A stretch of DNA of 63,529 nucleotides, filler included, from Octopus bimaculoides (lineage: Eukaryota): NCBI RefSeq assembly GCF_001194135.2. It is 7 parts of 7 records of this genome, joined end to end, with 100 filler letters (N's around TTAATTAATTAA, not from the genome) between each part and the next. Parts side by side here need not be neighbours in the genome. Positions count along the whole stretch, not along the records: positions 11,405 to 17,412 come from NC_069004.1; positions 17,513 to 21,819 come from NC_069005.1; positions 21,920 to 49,383 come from NC_068991.1; 4 more parts are not named here. One strand, 5' to 3'. Every line of letters begins with the position of its first letter. The first letter of the stretch is position 1. Below, piece after piece: positions 12,031-22,160 of this stretch. Made by a program: the position numbers and the translations under genes. A model generated the notes under the pieces. It was not told the DNA's origin. It saw only the letters and a list, made by a program, of their open reading frames with translations, and ran no database searches.

Positions 12031-13173
12031 TATGGACTCCAGCTAGAAATTTCCCCCGCATCATACTCTAACAACTTGAAAAAATAAAAGAAAGGAAAAG
12101 ACACTGGATAAGGTAGCCCCAAGTACACTGTGCCTGGAAAAAAGAAAAAAAACTACACCAAAAGATGAGAAGGTCGTGGGTGGAGTGCTGTGGATCACAG
12201 GTCTGTCTGACCTGAGTTGACTTGGAGTGAAACAACAATAACAACAACGACAACATCAACAACAGTGAGGAAGAAGAAGAAAGAAAAACAATAACAGTGA
12301 AAAAGAAGAAAAAGAATAACAACAGCAAGGAGGAAGAAAAGGAAGTAGAGGAAGAAGGAAAAGAAGAAGAACAAGAATGGTGAGGGAGAAGAAGAGGAAG
12401 AAGAGGAAGAATAACAACAACAGCAACCGACACAAAAATGTCATTGATGTGTTAAGAATGAGTAACGAAACGAAATGGGTTGGTCAAAAAGTTGAGTCAT
12501 TCTGTTTGAAAAGAGTTGTTTTGTTAAACGAACAACCACTGCAGTGGTTTGTTCAACCTTTTTAAGAGTTGCCCTAACCTGCTGTCTTCATAAAAAATCA
12601 CATAACATGCTATGAATATTCTCATTTAATCAATTAAAACATTGCGTTAACTGTGTAGAAGACTCTATTTGATTGAGCTCAGATGTTGGTGTGAGAAATA
12701 AATGTTTGGTTAACATTTAAGTTTGTTTAATATAGACTGATGTGAAACATTCATAGATTAGAACATTCTGAACTTTGACAATTTTGTGACATATCTTTAC
12801 TGTAATTTAGAGACAAAGGTTCAGAAGTACAGCTCTCTCTCTCTCTCTCCCTCCCCCACTGTGTGTGTGTGTGTGTGTGTGTATCAAGCTTCTAATCTTG
12901 GTACTCCAGGTCAGGCATGATAAACTATTGCATTCTACAAAAGTACAGAGTACATTTTGGTGAGTGTGTAAATATAAAGTCATAAATGACAGAAATAGTT
13001 TGATAAAATTTTATTTAACAATAAGAAAATTCTAATCCCATGACAAATTGTTTCATAACTTAAAAACATGTAAATAATTTATATTATTATACTCAATAAT
13101 AAATAAACTACTTACATGTTTGCATTGATGCAAAATGCTAAAAACCCTTCAAAATAATGCAAGTAATTTATTT

Positions 13174-13260
13174 ATTGGAGCCTGGTGCAGCCATCTGGTT
13201 TCACCAGTCCTCAGTCAAATCGTCCAACCCATGCTAGCATGGAAAACGATAATGACGATA
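13174..13260 (+). mobile_element. SINE/LINE 3' tail fragment
   Basis: TGGAGCCTGGTGCAGCC..CAGTCAAATCGTCCAACCCATGCTAGCATGGAAAA is homologous to 14660-14730 and ends in GAT-like repeats. Confidence 0.65.
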
Positions 13261-13360
13261 ATAATTATTTACATGTTTTTAAGTTATGAAACAATGTGTT
13301 GTGATATTATTTATCATCATTTACATTTGATGGGTATTTGTCCTCATCTTGTTTGATGTT

Positions 13361-13406
13361 AACACAACGTTTCGGCTGATACACCCTCCAGCCTTCGTCA
13401 GGTGTC
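13361..13406 (-). ncRNA. Minimal type I hammerhead ribozyme motif, intact core
   Basis: GACAC-CUGACGA-A-GGCUGG(AGGGUGUA)UCAGCC-GAAAC-GUU-GUGUU. Stem I is 5 bp, the core CUGANGA/GAAA is conserved, stem II is 6 bp, and stem III is the palindrome ACGU. Confidence 0.82.
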
Positions 13407-13484
13407 TTGGGGAAATTTTGAACCTGGGTTTTCATTCCTAAGGTATTCTTCGATGTTATTATTATTATTATTGTTATTATTATT

Positions 13485-13557
13485 CAGGTCACTGCTTGGA
13501 ATCGAACTCGGAATCTTGAGTTTAGTAGCCCCGCACTCTTAACCATTACGCCATATG
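13485..13557 (-). promoter_or_regulatory. tRNA-derived head with Pol III A and B boxes inside the PLE terminal region
   Basis: A box TGGCGTAATGG, anticodon-like loop CT-ACT-AA, B box GAGTTCGATTCC. The acceptor stem is not intact, so this is not a tRNA gene. Confidence 0.75.
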
Positions 13558-13890
13558 TCCGTGGGCAATTATGGAGTGAGTTTTAGGGCTTATAAATCTG
13601 ATATTTTTCTATTCTTCCTTAATACCGGTTCCCATATGCTGCTCATATCTGCACTCAGTCTGCTTAGGAGGTTGTTGTGTCCTAGCATATGTGCTGCTTC
13701 TTTTAGTTTTCGTATTGTTAAATAAAATTTCATCAAACTGTTTCTCTATCATTTATGACTTTATACACTCCTATCATTTTCCCTTATATCGTACTATATA
13801 TTCTCTGTGTTTTGTACAATGATACATTAAGGAGATTTTTCTATGAGTATTATTGGATTACTTGAATCCATATATTGTTACATAAATATA

Positions 13891-13960
13891 TGTGTCTGTG
13901 TGGTAAGAAACTGGCATCCCAACATTGTTCTGGGTTCAGTCCCACTGCATGGCACCTTTG
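13891..13960 (+). mobile_element. SINE family B head fragment
   Basis: CTGTGTGGTAAGAA..GGGTTCAGTCCCACTGCATGGCACCTT. Confidence 0.75.
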
Positions 13961-13974
13961 TAAACAATTCCTAA

Positions 13975-14097
13975 TAATATTTAATTATAAAAATACAGTA
14001 GGACCGTTTTTAAATACGTTCAACAGCTATGGAGGTCCACCCAAGTAAAATAGGAATCAAAGGGGTCCATAAGCAAAAAAAGGGTTGAGAACCACTG
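13975..14097. mobile_element. hAT-like MITE terminal fragment
   Basis: Ends in GGGTTGAGAACCACTG (reverse complement CAGTGGTTCTCAACCC, a hAT/Charlie-type TIR) and has subterminal GGTCCA motifs. Confidence 0.6.
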
Positions 14098-14163
14098 CTT
14101 TAACTTTTTAATAACTTGAGATTCAGAATCTTATAGGAGAGAAAAAGGGGCACAATGTTGATA

Positions 14164-14357
14164 TACTCTTTTACTCTTTTATTTGTTTTATTTACGACGG
14201 GCTTCTTTCAGTTTCCGGCTACCAAATCCACTCACAAGGCTTTGGTTGGCCCGAGGCTATAGTAGAAGACACTTGCCCAAGGTGCCACGCATTGGGAATG
14301 AACCCGGAACCATGTGGTTGGTAAGCAAGCTACTTACCACACAGCCACTCCTGTGCA
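14164..14357 (-). mobile_element. SINE family B with internal deletion
   Basis: 5' half at 14194-14357 is joined directly to the terminal TACTCTTTTACTCTTTTA tail (14164-14181). The microsatellite and 3' body are absent. Confidence 0.85.
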
Positions 14358-14411
14358 CATGGAAAAGTAGGTTATAAAAGTTCTTCATAGAAGCATCCAG
14401 ATGTATGGTAT

Positions 14412-14755
14412 AGGTGCAGGTGTGGCTGTGTGGTAAGAAGCTTGCTTCCCAAACACATAATTCCAGGTTCAGTCCAACAGCATGGCACCTTGGGCAAGTG
14501 TCTTCTATAGTCTCAGACCAAAGCCTTGTGAGTGGATTTGGTAGACGGAAACTGAAAGAAACCCAGTGAAATCATAGCTGTGACCAGTGCTGGTGACACA
14601 TAAAAAGCACCCATGACACTCTGTGGGGTGGTTGGTGTCAGCCATAGAAAACAGATGACTGGAGCCTGGGGCAGCCCTCTGGTTTATCAGTACCAGTCAA
14701 ACCATCTAAACCGTACCAGCAAGGAAAATAGATGCTAAATGATGAGGATGATGAC
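14412..14755 (+). mobile_element. SINE family B head with alternative 3' tail
   Basis: Head and body at 14412-14563 are followed by a tail homologous to 13174-13260, ending in GATGA repeats. Confidence 0.8.
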
Positions 14756-14779
14756 ATGTGTTCATTTTTGTGTATGCGT

Positions 14780-14880
14780 TTATCCCCCACCACTGCTTGA
14801 GAACATGTGTTGGTGTGCCTAAGTCCCTGTAACTTAGTGGTTCAGCAAAAGAGACTGACAGAAGAAGTACCAGGCTTTTA
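14780..14880 (+). mobile_element. SINE family B, 3' half fragment
   Basis: CCCCACCACTGCTTGAGAAC..TGGTGTG..GTAACTTAGTGGTTCAGCAAAAGAGAC matches 15335-15410. Confidence 0.75.
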
Positions 14881-14918
14881 TAAAATATGTATATAAATAT
14901 AAATAAATATATATATGT

Positions 14919-15081
14919 AGGTACAGGAGTGGCTCTGTCGTAAGAAGTTTGCTTCCCAACCACAAAGTACCGGGTTCAGTCCCACTGTGTGGCACCTTGG
15001 GCAAGTGTCTTCTACTATAGCCTTGGGTCGACCAAAGCCTTGTGAGTAGATTTGCTAGATGGAAACTGAAAGAAGCCCATC

Positions 15082-15132
<51 letters not shown>

Positions 15133-15518
15133 CACATATATATATGCATATATATATATATGCATATATATATANNNNNNNNNNNNNNNNNNNNNNNNNN
15201 NNNNNNNNNNNNNNNNNNNNNNNNNNNNNNNNNNNNNNNNNNNNNNNNNNNNNNNNNNNNNNNNNNNNNNNNNNNNNNNNNNNNNNNNNNTATATATATA
15301 TATGTATATATGTATTTGTGTGTCTGTGTTTGACCCCCAGCATCACTTGACAACCAATGTTGGTGTGTTTACATCCCTGTAATTTAGCGGTTCGGCAAAA
15401 GACACTGATAGAATAAATACTAGGCTTACAAAGAATAAGTCCTGGGGTTGATTCAAAGTATCATGCCCCAGCATGGCCATGGTCTAATGACTGAAACAAG
15501 TAAAAGATAAAAGATATA
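14919..15518 (+). mobile_element. Full-length SINE family B with internal (TA)n array (partly gap)
   Basis: tRNA-like head, body to GAAAGAAGCCC, (TA/CA)n, 3' body and GTAAAAGATAAAAGATA tail. Confidence 0.9.
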
Positions 15519-16134
15519 AATGCTTCTGTAGAATGCATTTTAAATATCGTAGATTATGATTCAGACTAATCTAAAAAAAATTATGAAAATCGGTAAAGCT
15601 GAAAAATTACAGAAAAGGGAAAAAAATTATACATACTACTCCATGAAGATTTTTTTTATTTTGCAGTATACTAATCTATGACGCTTAAAACAAATTCACC
15701 TGAAGAAATCATTATTTTTGGTGCAGTAGTTAATTACTATTTCTATTCTTTAGGAACACCTATACAGTCTAAAATCTGAAGAAATTATGGTAAGCCTACA
15801 TCTATCTGTCCATCTGTCTAACTGACATGTCTGTTTGTCTGTCTACCTCTCTGTCTGTTTGTCTACCTCTATCTATTAATCTATTTATCTCTCTGTCTCC
15901 GTCTCTCTCTCTATCTGTCTAGCTGTCTATTTATCTATCTACCTATCTATTTATCTATGCTTTTGTCTGTCTGTCTGATTATATATATAGTCTGACTATA
16001 TATCTACTCACCCAGACATCCAAACATGAAATAGCTTAATGTGTGCGTGGATGTGTATAGATGTCCACACACCTAAAGAGGAAGGGTATAGTTCATTGCA
16101 CATAATCTGACTATATATATATATTGAGTATGTG

Positions 16135-16179
<45 letters not shown>

Positions 16180-17350
16180 TCATAGACAAATACAGGTATA
16201 TCAAATACCATACAACATAAACTCTTGCTTTATTAAAATTATCTCCACCTCTTGAGGATGTGATGTAATTACCAAATAGCAATTGAAACCAGCTCTATTT
16301 GAGAAGAGGGGATAAGGTCAAGATTGAAGACTTCTCAAAAACTGACATGCCATTAAGCAAAAGGATAGGTTTATTATCTGGAGATAAGAGGACAGTCATG
16401 AAGACTTGTTTCTGCCTATATAGGCATCATCAGCAAAACAATTGTCTTAACCCGCACTCCATGTAGACTTTTAAGCTAGCTTCTGCAGAGGGCCAATTGG
16501 GCCTGTAGCTCAAAACTAAAGAAAGCTAAATAGCATGACTATAATACGTCTATAATGACTATATGCCCTGGTGGTGTTTGATCAGAGGTTAAAGATGGAT
16601 GAGAATTAATTCTGTAATGAAAATCTTCTATTGTTCCAGTCCCAAGTTGAATTCCAACTGTTGGCCAATTTGTCCCAAAGTTCTCATCTCAACGTAAAAT
16701 TAATGAAGTGGATGTCATTTATCTCCCCTTTGATATCTGACATCATATGACAAACACCAACCAAGATGGCATGAATCAGCCAAGCTTTATCTTCTAGAAA
16801 TAGCAGCCCAAATGTATTTAAATCAGATCCCAATGTTGAATGTTCAAGAACCAAATCAAGGGCAGATTTTCAATCCCAGGATCATCCTGATTCCAAAAGG
16901 TATAATATGTCTATGTAGACCAAATATAGACTGAGATCAGGGGTCCCAGACAGACGGAATTTCATGTTTTATTATTATAAAAGAGTAGAACACATTTAAA
17001 CTGGATATATTAAACAGCCCAAATATTCTATCTGTTTTATGCTCAAACTGGCCAGATTTAGTCTCTTACACCTACCTTGCAATGTCATTTTGGAAATAAG
17101 TAATTACATATACAGACTGAAACAAGGAAAAGATAAAAGATATCTTTGACACGTGAAAGAATTTACTGACAATGTTGCAATGAAATTCCCTGAAGATAAA
17201 ATTACAGGTGTTATGTAACGATACCTGTGATGGTTTTACTGTGGACTCAAAAAGACATTACACAAACACATCTTGTAACATTCTGTTCAGTTCAACATGT
17301 CATCAGTTTTAGAATAACATTTTGTCGTTCTTTTCATGCAATTAAGTACA

Positions 17351-17412
<62 letters not shown>

Positions 17413-17941
17413 NNNNNNNNNNNNNNNNNNNNNNNNNNNNNNNNNNNNNNNNNNNNTTAATTAATTAANNNNNNNNNNNNNNNNNNNNNNNNNNNNNNNN
17501 NNNNNNNNNNNNTCCCCATCATCGCCACCGTTACCTCCTCCTCCTCCTCCTCCTCCTAACCACCACCACTCCCCCGCTATTTTCACCATCATCGACTCCC
17601 CCCTATTCCTCCCCTCCATGCTGCACTATTTAACAAATTGTCACAGACGCCTGTCGTCTGACGAGTTTTTTCTTTTACATTACGACGTGACAGCATTGTG
17701 CGTGTGTATGTGTATAACGGTGTGTATGCGAGTGTGTGTGTGTGTGTGTCTGCGGGAGTGTCTCTGTGTACACAATGTTTGCATGTATGTGTATGTGTGT
17801 GTATGTGTGGTGTGTGTGTGTGTGTGTGTGTACTAGAATATGTGTGCCTTTATAAGATGCATTTGCCCACCTGTATGTGTATTACAAGTGTGTGTTTATG
17901 GATTTGAATGCCTGAGAGTCTGTGATATGAGGGCACGCGCA

Positions 17942-17985
<44 letters not shown>

Positions 17986-18104
17986 TCTTCTGAATGTGTT
18001 TCTGTATGTGTATGTAGGTAAATATTTCTGTTTGTATATGTTTGTAAACCCATTTGTCTGGCAGCATGCACGCATGCGCTTTGTCAAACGTGTCTACTAT
18101 TCAT

Positions 18105-18144
<40 letters not shown>

Positions 18145-18289
18145 TAATAATAATAATGATGATGAGGGTTTCGAATTTTGGCACAAGGCCAGCAATTTCG
18201 GTGGTGGGGGNNNNNNNNNNNNNNNNNNNNNNNNNNNNNNNNNNNNNNNNNNNNNNNNNNNNNNNNNNNNNNNNNNNNNNNNNNNNNNN

Positions 18290-18407
18290 GAAAGGATGAA
18301 AGGGAAAGTCGACCTCGGCGGAATTTGAATTCAGATCGTAACGGCAGACGAAATACCGCTAAGCATTTTGCCCGGCGTGCTAACGATTCAGCCAGCTCGC
18401 CGCCTTA
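18290..18407 (-). mobile_element. SINE family A, 5' part
   Basis: GAAAGGATGAAAGGGAAAGTCGACCTCGGCGGAATTTGAA..GCCAGCTCGCCGCCTT. Confidence 0.9.
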
Positions 18408-18419
18408 GTAATAATAATG

Positions 18420-18482
<63 letters not shown>
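18408..18482. repeat. (AAT)n microsatellite
   Basis: Near-perfect run. Confidence 0.95.
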
Positions 18483-18483
<1 letters not shown>

Positions 18484-18549
18484 ATTGTTTTGTCTTGGTA
18501 TAAAAAGATGGGCTACAGCAAATATTCTGCTTAATAATAATAATAATAA

Positions 18550-19430
18550 TATCAAAGCCTGCTTACCAGAAATTACTAGGTCAACGTTTTCCGAAACGGT
18601 ACTGACTCTAAATGCAGATTCTGCGACTCATTTGACGGAACAATAAATAATCTTGTTTCAGGATGTCCTGTGCTGACATCAAACGAACAGAAAAATCGCT
18701 ACGATAGGGTAGGACAGTATCTACATAAGATAAAATTATGTAAACACTACAAACTGGACACTCCTGCTAACTGGTAATAACGTCATCTTGAGCGCCAGTC
18801 GTTGAAGGTAAATATGTCACCATCCTCTGGGATTTTCCAGTTAACACTGACCGAACGATCAAAGCTAATCTACCAGACATAATTATTAAAGACAGGGAAG
18901 AAAATACTTGAAGGCTAATAGATGAAAGTTTTCCCACTGATAAAAATATATCTGTAAAGGAATTCGACAATTCGATAAAGTTAGTAAATATAAGGACCTG
19001 GAAATTGAAGACCTGGAATCTTAAAGCAAAAATTGTTCCTATTATTGTAGGTACCCTAGGTATGATTAAAAAAATAACGTCATCTTGAGCGCCAGTCATT
19101 GTAGGTAAATATGTCAACAATCTCTTGGATTTTCCAGTTAACACTGACCGAACGATCAAAGCTAATCTACCAGACATAATTATTAAAGACAAGGAAGAAA
19201 ATACTTGTACACTAATAGATGAAAGTTTTCCCACTGATAAGAATATATCTGTAAAGGAATTCGACAAAGTTAGTAAATATAAGGACCTGGAAATTGAAAT
19301 ACAAAGATGTGGAATCTTAAAGCAAAAATTGTTCCTGTTGTTGTAGGTGCCCTTGGTATGATAAAATAAAAAAGGGATGTCAGAAACATCTAGATAGCAT
19401 CCTAGGAGAACCATGTTTCAAGGAAATCCA
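18550..19430 (+). mobile_element. R4/Dong-type LINE 3' fragment: zinc knuckle plus restriction-like endonuclease
   Basis: KCRFCDSFDGTINNLVSGCPVL (decayed CCHC knuckle), RYDRVGQYLH, ILWDFPVNTDRTIKANLPDIIIKDKEENTCTLIDESFPTDKNISVKEFDKVSKYKDLEIEIQR (PD..D..K motif). Frameshifted, with an internal 297-bp duplication. Confidence 0.88.
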
Positions 19431-19434
19431 AAAG

Positions 19435-19512
19435 CATTGGGGTCGATGAAATTGACTTACCACCTTCCCCACAAGTTGCTGGCCTGGTACAAAAACTTGA
19501 AATCAATTTTAG
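19435..19512 (+). mobile_element. SINE family A, 3' tail fragment
   Basis: GGGGTCGATGAAATTGACTTACC..GCTGGCCTGGTACAAAAACTTGAAATCAAT matches the tails at 26775-26840 and 50270-50341. Confidence 0.7.
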
Positions 19513-19662
19513 GGTTGATTTTTTTTATTCGTTTCTTTTTCTTCCTCTCCGAAAGGAATCGAGTATGGTCAGATCCCAGAGATGGAGGAACTTTGCTAAG
19601 TTTAGAGATCTCGCAGGCTTATATTATTGCAGTCTGCACATAACAACAGAAGTTTTTCTCTT

Positions 19663-19738
19663 TATTTACATTGTTTACATTATTTACATTATTTTGTCCT
19701 CATCCTCTTTGTTGTTATGGCGTAGTGGCTAAGAGTGC
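19663..19738. mobile_element. Fragments of the tRNA-hammerhead module: inverted tail fused to forward head
   Basis: 19663-19716 resembles 13319-13360 (ATTTACATT..TTGTCCTCATC..TGTT). 19717-19738 ATGGCGTAGTGGCTAAGAGTGC matches the head at 62851. Confidence 0.7.
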
Positions 19739-19907
19739 TGGTGTGTTTACGTCCCCGTAACTTAGCGGTTCGGCAAAAGAGACCGATAGAATAAGCACTA
19801 GGCTTACAAAGAATAAGTCCTGGGTTCGATTTGCTCGACTAAATGCGGTGCTCCAACGTGGCCGTAGTCAAATGACTGAAACAAGTAAAAGAGTAAGAGT
19901 AAAGATA
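19736..19907 (+). mobile_element. SINE family B, 3' half
   Basis: TGCTGGTGTGTTTACGTCCCCGTAACTTAGCGGTTCGGC..GACTGAAACAAGTAAAAGAG. Confidence 0.92.
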
Positions 19908-21945
19908 NNNNNNNNNNNNNNNNNNNNNNNNNNNNNNNNNNNNNNNNNNNNNNNNNNNNNNNNNNNNNNNNNNNNNNNNNNNNNNNNNNNNNNNNNNNNN
20001 NNNNNNNNNNNNNNNNNNNNNNNNNNNNNNNNNNNNNNNNNNNNNNNNNNNNNNNNNNNNNNNNNNNNNNNNNNNNNNNNNNNNNNNNNNNNNNNNNNNN
20101 NNNNNNNNNNNNNNNNNNNNNNNNNNNNNNNNNNNNNNNNNNNNNNNNNNNNNNNNNNNNNNNNNNNNNNNNNNNNNNNNNNNNNNNNNNNNNNNNNNNN
20201 NNNNNNNNNNNNNNNNNNNNNNNNNNNNNNNNNNNNNNNNNNNNNNNNNNNNNNNNNNNNNNNNNNNNNNNNNNNNNNNNNNNNNNNNNNNNNNNNNNNN
20301 NNNNNNNNNNNNNNNNNNNNNNNNNNNNNNNNNNNNNNNNNNNNNNNNNNNNNNNNNNNNNNNNNNNNNNNNNNNNNNNNNNNNNNNNNNNNNNNNNNNN
20401 NNNNNNNNNNNNNNNNNNNNNNNNNNNNNNNNNNNNNNNNNNNNNNNNNNNNNNNNNNNNNNNNNNNNNNNNNNNNNNNNNNNNNNNNNNNNNNNNNNNN
20501 NNNNNNNNNNNNNNNNNNNNNNNNNNNNNNNNNNNNNNNNNNNNNNNNNNNNNNNNNNNNNNNNNNNNNNNNNNNNNNNNNNNNNNNNNNNNNNNNNNNN
20601 NNNNNNNNNNNNNNNNNNNNNNNNNNNNNNNNNNNNNNNNNNNNNNNNNNNNNNNNNNNNNNNNNNNNNNNNNNNNNNNNNNNNNNNNNNNNNNNNNNNN
20701 NNNNNNNNNNNNNNACATACATATATGCACATATATACATATGTGTGTATGTATCTATGTATATATATGTATCTATGTATATATATGTATGTATGGATGT
20801 ATGTATGAATGTAGGTATGTATGTATGTATGTGGGAGCACTTGTCATACATAAATTACTTCGTTCCAGTCATTAAGGATAATTGAAACACGTGTGTATAC
20901 GTTTGAGTGTATGCACGTAAGGAAGTAGATTTGTGTCAATGCATGCGCGCACGGATCTCCAACTCATTTGCATGCGTGATTCTACTCTGTTACATACATA
21001 CTACATAATACATGCATATTACATACATGCATGCATACATACATGCATACACAAACACATATACATACACACACACATATATATATATGTTAATAAACAT
21101 ACATGCAAACATATATACATACATGCATACATAAATGCATATATGCTTGCACACACTTATATATATTACAGACGTACACATATATATTTATATACATACA
21201 TTCTTGCATACATACACACTTGTAAATATAATATATGATATATACTATATATATTATATATATGTATACATGCACGCACACACACACACATATATATATA
21301 TATACATTTGTTTATATACATACATACGTACATACGCTCTTACACACAAACATACATACATATATACATACCTGCATATACACATACACACACACACGCC
21401 CCCCCCACATATATATACATAAATGCACATGGCGACTGTTGTGCGAGTTGAAGCGTAATCAGTGGGAGCACTGAAATGGTGCTGGTGTTGATGATGTGAG
21501 CGCTCGTGGTGGTGGCGACGGTGGCACTGGTGGTAGTGGTGGTAATGGTAGTGGTGGCGCTGGTGGCGCTGGTGGTTGATGGTGTTTGGCGGTAGTTTCC
21601 ATCGAGAAAATATTTCATAAGGAGATTCCTCAGTCGCGACTGGGATTCCAAGTTACGTTACGTGAAGGATTGGAATGCAAACGGCGGGAGGGTGGTGGCG
21701 GTGGTGGTGGGGTTTTTTTGTGGGGAGGAGCGGCGGGAGAGGAGAGGTGGTGAGAAACGGGAAGAGAGTGGTGTTGGTGGTGAGAAAGAGAGACGAAAGA
21801 GGAAGTGCAGTGGGCAGCTNNNNNNNNNNNNNNNNNNNNNNNNNNNNNNNNNNNNNNNNNNNNTTAATTAATTAANNNNNNNNNNNNNNNNNNNNNNNNN
21901 NNNNNNNNNNNNNNNNNNNTATATATATATATATCTGTATGTATA

Positions 21946-22110
21946 CATATCAAAATAAGCAACAGGATATCAAGAGGTGATGCAGTACGATCGTTTCAAG
22001 CGACTCCATTTAATTGAACTATCGTCAGATTGCATTGTTCTATCAAATGGAGTCGCTTGAAACGATCGTACTGCGTCACCTCTTGATATCCTGTTGCTTA
22101 TTATGATACG
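21946..22110. mobile_element. Palindromic MITE flanked by TA (Tc1/mariner-type TSD)
   Basis: 66-bp arms within the element (76 bp including flanks, 3 non-Watson-Crick positions) around a 33-nt centre. TA at 21944-21945 and 22111-22112. Confidence 0.75.
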
Positions 22111-22126
22111 TATACATACAAGAAAC

Positions 22127-22160
<34 letters not shown>

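Larger units (their letters stand above)
13319..13715 (-). mobile_element. Penelope-like element (PLE) 3' fragment: GIY-YIG C-terminus plus pLTR-like region
   Basis: Minus-strand 13715-13590 reads IRKLKEAAHMLGHNNLLSRLSADMSSIWEPVLRKNRKISDL*, fitting the PLE endonuclease tail (RK.KEA..I.....N......LS.IW.PVL). It is followed by a tRNA-like unit, (AAT)n and a hammerhead motif; 13319-13557 is homologous to 62848-63084. Confidence 0.8.

Noticed and set aside
18767-19414. 215-aa minus-strand ORF
   Set aside because: Antisense shadow of the duplicated LINE endonuclease on the + strand.
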